From: Dehalococcoidia bacterium
GTDB lineage: Bacteria > Chloroflexota > Dehalococcoidia > UBA2979
Reading direction: 5' to 3'
DNA: 64,000 bases
Assembly (NCBI GenBank): GCA_965262725.1
Contig: OZ253555.1
Location: 1,696,001 to 1,760,000, forward strand
This document shows, in pieces, positions 27,629 to 37,981 of the stretch (its first letter is position 1; every line of letters starts with the position of its first letter). The position numbers and the translations under genes are program-made. The notes beneath the pieces were generated by a model, which was not told where the DNA came from, ran no database searches, and saw only the letters and a program-made list of their open reading frames with translations.

Positions 27629-29230
27629 GTGCCGCGCTGGGTGACCGTGATGGCTGCCGCCGAGCTGCCCCGCGATCGCCCCGTCACCGTGCGCGTCAAC
27701 GAGCGTGACCTCGCCCTCGCGGATTGCTCGCAGGAGGGCTGCGGGCCGCACCTTCTCGAGAATCGCTGCCCGCATCGCGGGGGCCAGCTCGGCGACGGGT
27801 CGGTGCGCGGCGACGACATTGTCTGCCCGCTGCACGGCTACGACTTCGACCTGCACACGGGCATCTCGCGCTACGACCCCGCGGAGCGCGTCGGGGTCTA
27901 CCCGGCGCGGATCCATGGCGGGGAGGTGCAGGTCGACGCCGACGAGGTTCCGGCGCTCCCACGGGATCACGACGCGGGATACCTGGAGCGCTGGGCTCGT
28001 CGCCACGACGGCAGCCTGCGCGCCTACGAGTACCTGCAGGGACTCGCATCGGGCCGGCCGCCCGTGTCGGCGATGGGAACCTCGCTTCGGCTCCGGCCCT
28101 CGTGGGAGGACGTGCTGCTGCTCCCCGCCCAGCTCGCGCGGCAGCCCCTGCTCGACTCGGAGGAGGTCAGGCTCACGACGACCATCGGTCGCCGCGCGGC
28201 GAGGCCGCTCGTCCTCTCGCTCCCGTTCTACATCTCGCACATGTCGTTCGGGGCGCTCTCGGCGCCGGCGAAGGCAGCGCTCGGCCGGCTCTCCGCGGAG
28301 CTCGACACGGCGATCGGCTCCGGCGAGGGTGGGATGCTGCCCGATGAGCGCGCGGCCGCGCGCCACTACATCTTCGAGATGGCCTCCGGCTACTTCGGGT
28401 GGGGCGAGGAGGTCGCGCGCAGCGCCGACGCCGTGGAGATCAAGTTCGGCCAGTCGGCGAAGGCGGGCTCCGGCGGGCTCCTGCCGGCCGAGAAGGTCAC
28501 GCCGCGCATCGCCGAGGTGCGCGGTCTCGCGCCCGGGGAGGCCGCTCACTCCCCGGCGCGCTTCGTCGACATACGCGGCGTCGCCGAGCTCCGCGCGCGC
28601 GTCGAGCAGATACGGGAGTGGCTCGACGGGGGCCCCGTCGGCATCAAGTTCGCCGCCGGGCGCGTCGAGGAGGACCTCGACGTGGCGATCGAGGCGGGCT
28701 GCGACTTCGTGACCATCGACGGGCGTGGCGGCGGCACCGGCGCCGCCCCCGAGGTCCTGAAGGACAACCTCACCATCCCCATCCAGTACGCGCTTCACCG
28801 GGCGCGCGTGCACCTCCGGCGCCGCGGCGCGGAATCGGTGGACCTGGTGGCGGCCGGCGGCTTCCGCAGCTCGGGCGACGTGGCGAAGGCGCTCGCTCTC
28901 GGCGCCTCCGCGGTCGCGCTCGCGACCGCCTCGATGATTGCGATCGGGTGCCAGCAATACCTCGCCTGCCACACCGGCAACTGCCCCGTCGGCATCGCGA
29001 CGCAGCGCGCCGACCTGGAGGCGCGCTTCGACGTCGCGCGCTCGGCGGCGCGTGGACTTGAGACCTACCGGGCCCTCGCCGAGGAGCTCCGGATGATCGC
29101 GCGCGCAGTGGGAGTAGGCGACGTGCACGCCCTGGCGTCCGGCGACCTCGCCACCCTCGACGCGGGACTGGCCGAGCACGCGGGGATCCGCCATGCGGGC
29201 GATGCGGTGCCGGCGGGCGACGATGCCTGA
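27629..29230 (+). CDS. Rieske [2Fe-2S] fused to an FMN-binding glutamate synthase family domain
   Basis: CPHRGG...CPLHG Rieske; MSFGALS, GEGG, EIKFGQSAK, IDGRGGGTG and CQQYLACHTGNCPVG. Confidence 0.9.
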   Translation: MPRWVTVMAAAELPRDRPVTVRVNERDLALADCSQEGCGPHLLENRCPHRGGQLGDGSVRGDDIVCPLHGYDFDLHTGISRYDPAERVGVYPARIHGGEVQVDADEVPALPRDHDAGYLERWARRHDGSLRAYEYLQGLASGRPPVSAMGTSLRLRPSWEDVLLLPAQLARQPLLDSEEVRLTTTIGRRAARPLVLSLPFYISHMSFGALSAPAKAALGRLSAELDTAIGSGEGGMLPDERAAARHYIFEMASGYFGWGEEVARSADAVEIKFGQSAKAGSGGLLPAEKVTPRIAEVRGLAPGEAAHSPARFVDIRGVAELRARVEQIREWLDGGPVGIKFAAGRVEEDLDVAIEAGCDFVTIDGRGGGTGAAPEVLKDNLTIPIQYALHRARVHLRRRGAESVDLVAAGGFRSSGDVAKALALGASAVALATASMIAIGCQQYLACHTGNCPVGIATQRADLEARFDVARSAARGLETYRALAEELRMIARAVGVGDVHALASGDLATLDAGLAEHAGIRHAGDAVPAGDDA

Positions 29231-31226
29231 GGCAGGCGTCCCGGGTCGCGGCGAGGGGGAGACGTTCGTCGACGCGGAGAGCGGGGAGCGGCTCGCCTGG
29301 TACCGCGTGCTCTCCGCCGAGGAGCTCCCGGAGGGGCGCGTGCGGACCGGTGCGGCGGGGACGCGCGCCGTGGCCCTGACGCACTTCGAGGACCGGTACG
29401 CGGCGCTCGACAACCGCTGCCCTCACCAGGGCGGACCGCTCGGGGAGGGGACGATCGAGCGGGGCCTCCTGCGCTGTCCGTGGCACGGCTACGACTATCA
29501 TCCGACCACCGGGGAGCCGCCGCCCGGCTTCACCGACTGCGTGCGGAGCTACCCCGTCGAGCTGCGTGGCGGCGAGATCTGGGTCGCCGTGCCGGCACCC
29601 GAGGCGCACGAGCCCACGGTCTCGGACGTGATGGTCGAGACGATGGTGAACTGGGGCGTCACCCACGTCTTCGGGATGGTCGGGCACAGCAACCTGGGCC
29701 TTGCCGACGCCTTCCGCCGCCAGGAGGAGCAGGGCCGCCTCACCTACATCGGGGTCCGGCACGAGGGCGCCGCCGCCTTCGCCGCCTCGGCCTACGCCAA
29801 GCTGACCGGGCGGCCCGCCGCCTGCTTCGGGATCGCGGGCCCCGGTGCCACCAACCTGCTCACCGGGCTCTGGGACGCGAAGATGGACCGGGCGCCGGTG
29901 CTCGCCCTCACCGGCCAGGTGGAATCGCAGGTGCTCGGGCCCGGGGCCTTCCAGGAGGTCGACCTCCAGTCGGCCTTCTCCTCGGTGGCGCGCTGGAGCC
30001 AGACGGTGCTCCCGGCGAGCCGACACGCCGAGCTCGTCAACCTCGCGCTGAAGCACGCGCTGCTCGAGCGCGACGTGGCGCACCTGATCGTCCCCAACGA
30101 GGTGCAGACGGTGCCCGCCGGCGAGGCCCCGGCGGGCTCGCCCTCGGGCCGTCTCCCGGATCTGAGGATCGGACCGTCGGCGGAGGCCGTGGGGCGAGCC
30201 GTCGATCTGATCCGCGGCGCGTCGCGCCCGGCGATCGTGGTGGGCCACGGGGCCCGCTTCGAGATGGCGCCGGTGATCGCGCTGGCCGAGCGCCTCGGCG
30301 CCCCGATCCTGACCACCTTCAAGGGGAAGGGGTTGATCGCCGACCACCATCCGCTTGCCACCGGCGTGCTCGGCCGCAGCGGCACGCCGGTCGCGAGCTG
30401 GGTGATGAACGAGTCCGACCTGCTCCTTGTCTTCGGGGCCTCGTTCTCCACGCACACCGGCATCGCCCCCTACAAGCCGACCATCCAGGTCGACTTCGAT
30501 CCGATGACGCTCGGCAAGTTCCACGGCGTGACCGTCCCGGTGCTCGGCGAGATCGGGCGCACCGCGGAGGAGCTGCGGGCGGCGCTCGAGGGTGCGTCGC
30601 TCCCGGCCGCCGACCAGCGCGCCGACATTGCCGTGCGCCGGGCGCTCTGGGCGGCCGAGAAGGAGCGCCGCGGCGCGGACGACAGGGGCCGGGGCGTCGC
30701 CGCCGCCGCCGTCTTCGCCGCGCTCACCCGCCACGCCCCTCGGAACGCCGTCCTCGCCGTCGACGTGGGGAACAACACCTACTCGTTCGGCCGCTACTTC
30801 GAGTGCTCGGGCGAGCAGTCGGTACTGATGTCCGGCTACCTCGGTTCCATCGGCTTCGGCTATCCGGCCGCGATCGGCGCCTGGGCGGCCGCGCCGGAGC
30901 GTCCGATCATCGCGGTAACCGGGGACGGCGGATTCGGACAGTACCTGGCGGAGCTCACCACGGCGGTCCGGCACGGCATGAACATCACCCACGTGCTCCT
31001 GAACAACGGCGAACTCGGGAAGATCTCGAAGGAGCAGCGCGCCGCCCGGCTACCCGTCTGGCAGACGGGGCTCACCAACCCCGACTTCTCGCGGTTCGCG
31101 GAACTCTGCGGCGCCCTCGGGATCCGCGTCGACCGCGCGGAGGAGCTCGACGGGGCGCTCGAACGCGCCCTCGCCCACGAGGGGCCGGCCCTGGTCGAAG
31201 TGATGCAGGATGTCGACCTGATCTAG
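29223..31226 (+). CDS. Rieske [2Fe-2S] fused to a TPP-dependent enzyme (pyruvate oxidase/AHAS-like)
   Basis: CPHQGG...CPWHG; RHEGAAAF, GPGATN and GDGG...LNNG TPP motif. Confidence 0.9.
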   Translation: MPEAGVPGRGEGETFVDAESGERLAWYRVLSAEELPEGRVRTGAAGTRAVALTHFEDRYAALDNRCPHQGGPLGEGTIERGLLRCPWHGYDYHPTTGEPPPGFTDCVRSYPVELRGGEIWVAVPAPEAHEPTVSDVMVETMVNWGVTHVFGMVGHSNLGLADAFRRQEEQGRLTYIGVRHEGAAAFAASAYAKLTGRPAACFGIAGPGATNLLTGLWDAKMDRAPVLALTGQVESQVLGPGAFQEVDLQSAFSSVARWSQTVLPASRHAELVNLALKHALLERDVAHLIVPNEVQTVPAGEAPAGSPSGRLPDLRIGPSAEAVGRAVDLIRGASRPAIVVGHGARFEMAPVIALAERLGAPILTTFKGKGLIADHHPLATGVLGRSGTPVASWVMNESDLLLVFGASFSTHTGIAPYKPTIQVDFDPMTLGKFHGVTVPVLGEIGRTAEELRAALEGASLPAADQRADIAVRRALWAAEKERRGADDRGRGVAAAAVFAALTRHAPRNAVLAVDVGNNTYSFGRYFECSGEQSVLMSGYLGSIGFGYPAAIGAWAAAPERPIIAVTGDGGFGQYLAELTTAVRHGMNITHVLLNNGELGKISKEQRAARLPVWQTGLTNPDFSRFAELCGALGIRVDRAEELDGALERALAHEGPALVEVMQDVDLI

Positions 31227-31278
31227 CGGTCCGGGCCCGGGCGCAGCTGGCGCCCGCGCGGCTCGGCGGCGCCGGCCG

Positions 31279-31968
31279 TCAGCCGGCGGCGGCGATGAGG
31301 GTGCGCGCCCGCTCGATCACCGAGTCCAGCATCGGCTCCGTCAGGCGCCCGGTGAAGGTGTTCTGCTGGCTCGGATGGTAGGAGCAGATCACAGTGCGGC
31401 CTCCGGCGACTTCGACCTCGACGCCGTGGCCGAAGCGAGGTCGCGGCCTGATCCCCTCCAGCGCGGCGACTGCCCGGTAGGCGACGCCGCCGAGCGCGAT
31501 CAGGACCCGCGCGCGATCCAGCAGCCGCAGCTCCCTCTCCAGGTAGGGCTGACACGCCGCGGACTCCTCCGGCAGCGGGCGGTTGCCGGGGGGCGCGCAG
31601 CGCACGGCGGACGTGACATAAGCGTCGCTGAGGCGAAGGCCGTCATCGAGATCGGTCGCCGTCGGCTGGCTCGCGAAGCCGCCCCGGTGAAGCGCCCGGT
31701 AGAGCCAGTCGCCCGAGCGATCGCCCGTGAAGATCCGCCCGGTGCGATTGGCGCCGTGGGCGGCGGGCGCGAGCCCCACGAGCACGAGGCGAGCGCGCAC
31801 ATCGCCGAAGCCGGGGACGGGCCGGCCCCAGTACTCTTGATCGCGGAAGGCGGCGCGCCGTTCGCGGGCCACGCGCTCGCGCCACTCGACGAGCCGGCCG
31901 CAGAGGCGGCAGCCGACGATCTCGCCGTGGAGGCGCTCGATCCCGTTGCTCTGGCGTGCTTCGCTCAC
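31279..31968 (-). CDS. udgB: Uracil-DNA glycosylase, family 5
   Basis: CxxC, GLAPAAHGANRTGRIFTGD, RCAPP and YHPSQQN. Confidence 0.92.
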   Translation of the reverse strand: MSEARQSNGIERLHGEIVGCRLCGRLVEWRERVARERRAAFRDQEYWGRPVPGFGDVRARLVLVGLAPAAHGANRTGRIFTGDRSGDWLYRALHRGGFASQPTATDLDDGLRLSDAYVTSAVRCAPPGNRPLPEESAACQPYLERELRLLDRARVLIALGGVAYRAVAALEGIRPRPRFGHGVEVEVAGGRTVICSYHPSQQNTFTGRLTEPMLDSVIERARTLIAAAG

Positions 31969-32112
31969 GCCCCGAGCGTACTATCCCCCGCGCCCGGAGC
32001 CGGGGCAGGGGAGCGGCGCCGGCGATCGTGTCCGGGTTCGCGGGCGCCGGAGATCTGCCAGCTGTGAGCGCGCCGGGGGCGACGGGACCCGGGCGCGGGA
32101 GTGATCGGATCG

Positions 32113-33564
32113 ATGATGCTCGAGCAGCCACCGCCGGTTGCGGAGGTCGCGATCGCGGCCCGGTCCCTGCGTCTCTTCGACCCGGTTCTCGGCGGCGAAG
32201 TGGTTCGCGCCGCCGAGCAGCGGGCGGCCCACGTCCGTGAGCAGCTCCGGGGCCGCACGGTATGGAACGTCAATTCGACCGCCGTCGGCGGTGGCGTCGC
32301 CGAGATGCTGCCCTCGCTCCTCGGCTACGCGCACGATCTCGGCATCGACGCGCGATGGCTCGTGATCGGCGGCGAGCCGGCCTTCTTCGGGGTCACCAAG
32401 CGCCTCCACCACGCACTGCACGGCTCGTCGGGAGACGGCCGGCCGCTCGGATCGGCCGAGCGGGAGATCTACGAGGCCGTGCAGCGCCACAACGCACCGC
32501 AGCTGGTGGAGCGGATTCGGCCCGGCGACCTCGTGATCCTGCACGACCCGCAGACCGCCGGCCTGGCGCCCTCCCTCTCGCGTGCAGGGGCCGTCGTTGC
32601 GTGGCGCTGCCATATCGGGCACGACGCCGTGAACGATGAGGTCGAGAGCGGCTGGTCCTTCCTTGAGCCCTACCTGGCCGACGTCCCGGCCTACGTCTTC
32701 TCGCGCCGGGCCTACGTGCCGCGGCAGCTCGATGCCTCGCGCGCCATGGTCATCGCGCCCTCGATCGACCCGTTCAGCGCGAAGAACGAGGAACTCGGCG
32801 AGGAGGCGACGCGCTCCGTGCTCGTCCAGATCGGGCTCGTCGACGGCTCGCCCCAGGAGAGGGGCGTCTCCTTCGCGGGCGCCGACGGCTCCGTGCGCTC
32901 GGTCCGCCGCCCCGCACGGATCGTACGCGAGGGCCCACCGCCGGCATGGGAGACGCCGCTCGTGGTGCAGGTCTCCCGCTGGGATCCGCTCAAGGATCCG
33001 CTCGGGGTGATCGAGGGCTTCCGCTCGCTGGCGGAGGGGGGGCGCGCCGGCACGGCGGAGCTGGTGGTGGCCGGGCCGGACGTGACCGCGGTCTCGGATG
33101 ACCCGGAGGGCCAGGTCGTGTTCCGGGCCGCCGCCTCCGCCTGGCAGGAGCTCCCCGGGCCTGTGCGCCGGCGCGTGCACCTGGCGCAGCTTCCCACCGA
33201 CGATCTCGCAGAGAACGCCTCGATGGTGAACGCGCTCCAGCGCCACGCCGCGGTCGTCGTCCAGAAGAGCCTGAACGAGGGATTCGGCCTCACCGTCACG
33301 GAGGCGATGTGGAAGGCGCGCCCGGTGCTCGCGACCGCCGTCGGCGGTATCCGCGACCAGATCGAGGACGGCGTCTCCGGCGTGCTCATAGCCGATCCCG
33401 CCGACGTGGAGGAGTACGCCGACGCCCTTGCCGTGCTGATCCAGGAGCCCGTGCGAGCGGCCAGGATCGGCGAGTCCGCCCGCGACCGCGTGCGCGATCA
33501 CTTCCTCGGCATCCGTCACCTGGGGCAGTACGCGGATCTGATGGAGCGCCTGGGGCTCTGGTAG
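32113..33564 (+). CDS. treT: GT4 glycosyltransferase, TreT-like trehalose synthase
   Basis: NVNSTAVGGGVAE, LHDPQ, WRCH, SRWDPLKD and EGFGLTVTEAMWK. Confidence 0.85.
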   Translation: MMLEQPPPVAEVAIAARSLRLFDPVLGGEVVRAAEQRAAHVREQLRGRTVWNVNSTAVGGGVAEMLPSLLGYAHDLGIDARWLVIGGEPAFFGVTKRLHHALHGSSGDGRPLGSAEREIYEAVQRHNAPQLVERIRPGDLVILHDPQTAGLAPSLSRAGAVVAWRCHIGHDAVNDEVESGWSFLEPYLADVPAYVFSRRAYVPRQLDASRAMVIAPSIDPFSAKNEELGEEATRSVLVQIGLVDGSPQERGVSFAGADGSVRSVRRPARIVREGPPPAWETPLVVQVSRWDPLKDPLGVIEGFRSLAEGGRAGTAELVVAGPDVTAVSDDPEGQVVFRAAASAWQELPGPVRRRVHLAQLPTDDLAENASMVNALQRHAAVVVQKSLNEGFGLTVTEAMWKARPVLATAVGGIRDQIEDGVSGVLIADPADVEEYADALAVLIQEPVRAARIGESARDRVRDHFLGIRHLGQYADLMERLGLW

Positions 33565-33605
33565 TGGCCGCCGGCCGGGACCGACTGGCCGGAAGGCGTG
33601 CACGT

Positions 33606-36533
33606 CTATCCGCCGGGCCCGGCCGTGTCCCCGTCCGCCCCGTCCAGTCCGAGCTTCGAGAGGCGCCGCTTCGCCTCGAGGATCCCCGCCCACGGATCGC
33701 CGACGGTCGCCAGGCGTTCCGGTAGCGTCGCCACGGTGAAGTCGCTCGGGTAGACACGCTCCAGCTCCTCCCAGAGCAGGGGCGTCGAGACGGGGGCGCC
33801 CGGCCTGGCACGCGGGGAGTACGGCGCGGCCATGTTCTTCGAGCGGGCGTTCTGGTTGACGTCGAGGAAGACGCGCCCGCGCCTCTCCCCGGTCCGCCAG
33901 CGGAGCGTCACCTCCCCCGGGTGGGCGCTCTCGAGGAACTCCGCGAAGGTCTGGCAGATGGAGCGGACGCCCGCGTAGCCGAAGGCGGGCTCTCTCACGA
34001 TCGGCACGTGCACGTGGAGCCCCGTGGCACCGGAGGTCTTGACGAAAGAGGGGAGCCCCGCCGTCTCGAGCAGCTCGCGCAGCCGGAGCGCGAGCTCGAC
34101 GGAGGCGGCCCAGCCTCGGCGGTTGAGCTCCGGCTCCGAGCCCTCCTGCTCGCGCCCGGAGTAGATGTACGGATCGAGGTCGAAGAGGAGGTAGTCGGGT
34201 CGGTCGAGCAGCGAGTCGGGCGCTTGCGCGAGCGAGCGCCCGGTCTCCCGGATCGGCATCGTCGCCTCCGGCTCTCCGGAGCTGCGGGCAAGCGAGGCGT
34301 GCAGCTCGAGGACGGCGAGCTGGCCGAGCCACATGAGGGTCGGAAGGTTGTTGCAGAGCACATGCACGCGCTCCCCCGCCGTCTGCGACGGAAGCTGCAC
34401 CGTCTGCACCCACTCCGGCCGGCCCTCATCCCAGTGTTTCTGGTAGAAGGAGCCTCCCTCCAGGCCGTTGGGGTAGCGGGTGAGCGTGAGCGGGCGATCC
34501 CGTAGGTGCCGGAGGAGGGACGGCGCGGCGCGGGCCAGGTAGAGCAGGAGACCACGCTTCGTGACGGCGTCCTGCCCCGCATGCGGGGGCCACAGCGGCT
34601 TGTCCAGGTTGGTGAGGCGTATGTCGACGCCCCCCACCACGAGGCGGAGCGACGTTCGCGCCGCGCCCTCGAGCTGGGCCGCCGCCTCGGCCGCCTGCTC
34701 CCCGAGCGAGGAGCCCCGGTCCGTGATCTCCCGGCGTCTCCCGGCCGCACGGGCGACCGCGGAGTCCGGCGCTCCCGCCGGGTGCCGGACGGAGTCGTCG
34801 GGGTCGCGGTCCGGGCGCATCCGGAGGAAGACGGGCGCGCGCAGCCTGCCGGAGCTCGTCCGCTCCGAGAACGTCACCTCGCACACGAGCTCCGGGCGCA
34901 CCCAGATCGCCGCGCGTCCCTCGGCGGGGATCTCGGCGAGGGGGCTCTCGGCGATCGAGAGCGCATCGAGGCGCTCTCGGAGCTCGGCGAGCCGGGCGTC
35001 GCTGAAGCCGGATCCCACTCTCCCGACGTAGGTCAACGCCGGCTCGGAGCCGGGGCCGGGGCGGCGGTATTCGGCCACGACGAGCGCGCCGAGCGTGGCG
35101 GCGCGCGCCCCCTTTCCCGCGATGTAGCCGCAGACGACGAACTCGTCGGAGCTCCGCGACTTCACCTTCACCCAGCTCGCCGAGCGGCGCCCGGGCTCGT
35201 ACGGCGAATCGGCTCGCTTCGCCACGACGCCCTCGAACCCGAGCGCAACCGCGGCTCGGTAGGCGGCGACGCCGTCCTCCTGGAAGCGCTCCACGAGTCG
35301 GATGCGTGAGGTCGAGGAGATCACAAGCGAGAGCGTCCGCAGGCGCTCGGCGAGGGGGACGCGTGTGAGGTCGTAGCCCTCGAGCTCCACGAGGTCGAAG
35401 AGGTACAGGCGCACGGGCGTCTCGGAGGCGGCGCGCTGGATGTCGACCTCGTTCTGGAGGTTGATGCGGTGCTGCAGCAGTTCGAAGGAGGGCCGTCCCG
35501 CTTGGTCGATCGCGACGATCTCGCCGTCGATCAGTGCCCCGGCGAGCGGCTGCTCGGCCAGCTCGCGCGCGAGCAGCGGGTAGGCGCGGCTGACATCGAC
35601 GCCGCGGCGGCTGGTGAGCGTGACCGTCGGCGCGCCTTCCCCGCTCTGCGCGATCCGCGCGAGCGTACGCACGCCGTCGAGCTTGGGTTCGAAGACCCAG
35701 CCGGCGCGCGAGAAGGGGCGCTCTGTCGCCGTCGCGAGCATAGGCGCGCGCTCATCCCGGCGCCGGGCCGGCAGTGGTTGGGCCCCATCGAGTTCGGCCG
35801 GCCGCAGCGGCGGGGGCCGGAGCCCGCGCGGGGCACGGTGTCCGGCCTTCAGGCGGTCGACGCTGAGATCGGAGATCACCGAGTCGAGCTCGGAGGTCAG
35901 CTCGCCCCCGCTCGCCTCGTCGCGATGCTTCAGGAGGAGCCAGCCCTCCTCGCCCCCGCCGCCGTGCGTCCGCGCAGCTCCGCCTCCTGGGGACCCGCCG
36001 GTGCGCACCAGTGCCCACGAGCCCTTCATCCGGTGCCCGCGCATGCGCACGGAGAGCTTTCCTTCGGCGAGTGCCGCGCGCATTCGCTCCTCGGCCTCGG
36101 TGCGGTCGTGGAAGGAGAGCACGCCGCCCTCGTCGGGCGAGTAGGTGCCGCGGTCCCAGACGATGACCTCGCCGGCGCCGTACTCGCCGGGGGGGATCAC
36201 GCCCTCGAAGCGCGCGTAGTCGAGCGGGTGATCCTCGACACGGGCGGCGAGGCGCCGCTCGCCCGGCTCCGCCGAGGGACCTCGTGGAATCGCCCACGAG
36301 AGCATGACGCCATCGAGTTCGAGCCTCAGGTCGTAGTGCAAGCGCCGCGCGGCATGCCGTTGCACGACGAAGGTGAGAGGCCCGTCGGCCGGCTCGGGGA
36401 TCTCGACCCCGGGCTCGCTCGTCCGCCCGAAGTCGCGCTTGCGGGAGTAGCTGTCGAGCGCGTCGCGCCCGCCCCGGGTCGCGGGGCTCGGGGCGCCTGC
36501 GCGAGCGGATCGCGTGCCCCGTCGGCTCGGCAC
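33606..36533 (-). CDS. ligD: NHEJ DNA ligase D (phosphoesterase-ligase-polymerase)
   Basis: HAARRLHYDLRLE, EPKLDG, EGVVAK, FDLDP and KTSGATGLH. Confidence 0.95.
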   Translation of the reverse strand: MPSRRGTRSARAGAPSPATRGGRDALDSYSRKRDFGRTSEPGVEIPEPADGPLTFVVQRHAARRLHYDLRLELDGVMLSWAIPRGPSAEPGERRLAARVEDHPLDYARFEGVIPPGEYGAGEVIVWDRGTYSPDEGGVLSFHDRTEAEERMRAALAEGKLSVRMRGHRMKGSWALVRTGGSPGGGAARTHGGGGEEGWLLLKHRDEASGGELTSELDSVISDLSVDRLKAGHRAPRGLRPPPLRPAELDGAQPLPARRRDERAPMLATATERPFSRAGWVFEPKLDGVRTLARIAQSGEGAPTVTLTSRRGVDVSRAYPLLARELAEQPLAGALIDGEIVAIDQAGRPSFELLQHRINLQNEVDIQRAASETPVRLYLFDLVELEGYDLTRVPLAERLRTLSLVISSTSRIRLVERFQEDGVAAYRAAVALGFEGVVAKRADSPYEPGRRSASWVKVKSRSSDEFVVCGYIAGKGARAATLGALVVAEYRRPGPGSEPALTYVGRVGSGFSDARLAELRERLDALSIAESPLAEIPAEGRAAIWVRPELVCEVTFSERTSSGRLRAPVFLRMRPDRDPDDSVRHPAGAPDSAVARAAGRRREITDRGSSLGEQAAEAAAQLEGAARTSLRLVVGGVDIRLTNLDKPLWPPHAGQDAVTKRGLLLYLARAAPSLLRHLRDRPLTLTRYPNGLEGGSFYQKHWDEGRPEWVQTVQLPSQTAGERVHVLCNNLPTLMWLGQLAVLELHASLARSSGEPEATMPIRETGRSLAQAPDSLLDRPDYLLFDLDPYIYSGREQEGSEPELNRRGWAASVELALRLRELLETAGLPSFVKTSGATGLHVHVPIVREPAFGYAGVRSICQTFAEFLESAHPGEVTLRWRTGERRGRVFLDVNQNARSKNMAAPYSPRARPGAPVSTPLLWEELERVYPSDFTVATLPERLATVGDPWAGILEAKRRLSKLGLDGADGDTAGPGG

Positions 36534-36553
36534 GGCGGCGGATGCGCCCGGTG

Positions 36554-37438
36554 CTAGCCGGCGGCCTCGCGCCGCCGGGCTTCGCGTTGGCGCCCGTTGG
36601 AGGCGGCGACGAGCCCGCCCTCGGGCTCGTCGTGAACGTCGGTGGAGGGCGAATCATCGTCGCGGTGGTGGGCGAGGGCCGCGTCGACGCTCGCCCGGAG
36701 CGCGGCCATCAGATCGACGACCGGGGTCGCGGGCGCGGGTCCCGTCTCGCCGGCCACGACCTCGCCGCCCTCGAGCTTCGCCGTGATGAGCGCGGTCAGC
36801 GCCTCGCGGTAGTCATCGGTGTAGCTGGCCGGATCGAAGGGCTGCCGCATCATGTCGATGAGCGCGAGCGCCATCTGAAGCTCCTGCTCGCTGACTGCGA
36901 CCTCGCTCACGTCGCCGGCGGCGGGGCGGATCTCGTCCGCGTGCAGAAGCGTCTCGAGGATGATGACTCCGTCCGAAGCCCGGAGCGCGCAGAGCTGCTC
37001 CCGGTTGCGGATGGCGATCTTGGCGATGCCCGTGAGGCCGCGCTCCTGGAGCGCCCCGCGCAGGAGCGCGAAGGGCTTCTCCCCGCTCTCGTCGGGCTCC
37101 AGGTAGTACGACTTCTCGTAGTAGATGGGGTCGATCTCGCCGGCCTCGACGAAGGAGGAGAGTGTGATCGTGTGCTTGCTCGCGACCGGAAGACCCTCGA
37201 AATCCTTCTCTTCCACCACGACGTAGCTGTCCCTGGCGTACTCGTAGCCGCGCACGATCTCCTCGGGGGCGAGCTCGCGCTCGTCGACGGGGCACCACCT
37301 GAGGTAGCGCACGCGCGAGTGATCGTCCCGGTGGAGCTGGCGGAAGGAGACGTCCTTGCTCTCCGTGGCGGTGTAGAGCCTCACGGGGATGTGGACCATC
37401 CCGAAGGTGATGGCGCCGCGCCAGATGGCCCTGGCCAT
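36554..37438 (-). CDS. ku: NHEJ Ku protein
   Basis: MARAIWRGAITFGMVHIPV, IVRGYE, YYLEPD, YTDDY and VDLMAALRAS. Confidence 0.95.
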   Translation of the reverse strand: MARAIWRGAITFGMVHIPVRLYTATESKDVSFRQLHRDDHSRVRYLRWCPVDERELAPEEIVRGYEYARDSYVVVEEKDFEGLPVASKHTITLSSFVEAGEIDPIYYEKSYYLEPDESGEKPFALLRGALQERGLTGIAKIAIRNREQLCALRASDGVIILETLLHADEIRPAAGDVSEVAVSEQELQMALALIDMMRQPFDPASYTDDYREALTALITAKLEGGEVVAGETGPAPATPVVDLMAALRASVDAALAHHRDDDSPSTDVHDEPEGGLVAASNGRQREARRREAAG

Positions 37439-37566
37439 GGGACCCTCCCGACCACTTGTCCGCCGCGCGGGGCGGACGCCGCTGGGGCCGCGCGTCGGCG
37501 CGATCACGGCGTCGGTCGTGCCCTCAAGTATAACGACCGGTGCGCGGAGGGAGCGGGGGTGTCGTC

Positions 37567-37881
37567 CTACCCGCCGACGTGCTCCCCGCGCTGCATGAAT
37601 TGTTCGGCGGCCTGCACAGCGTCGCGCGCCTCGGCCTGAGTCATGACGCGCGAGAGGAGCATCGGCGCGAGCGCCTCCACGGCGTCCGCCACGTCCGGGT
37701 CGCTCGCACGCAGCAACTCATGTGCCTCGGCCGGCGTCCGCCCCGCGCACCAGTAGGGGCCGAGCGCCGCCGCCACGAAGAGCCCGCCAGCGAGCTGCAC
37801 CCGCTCCTCGGAGCGCAAGCGGGAGCGCTCCAGCACCGAGGAGAGCTGCTTCGCGATGCGGCCCATCTCGCCCTCGTCCAT
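37567..37881 (-). CDS. Hypothetical protein
   Basis: 104 aa ORF with coding-like composition; TATGAT 9 nt upstream. Confidence 0.6.
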   Translation of the reverse strand: MDEGEMGRIAKQLSSVLERSRLRSEERVQLAGGLFVAAALGPYWCAGRTPAEAHELLRASDPDVADAVEALAPMLLSRVMTQAEARDAVQAAEQFMQRGEHVGG

Positions 37882-37981
37882 GGTGAGAGGATCATACCGC
37901 GAACTGAGTAGATGGGGAAGCCTCTTATCAGTTGCCGCGACGTGAGGCCGGGACGAGGCGCCGGCGGGCGGCCTGCCCGGG

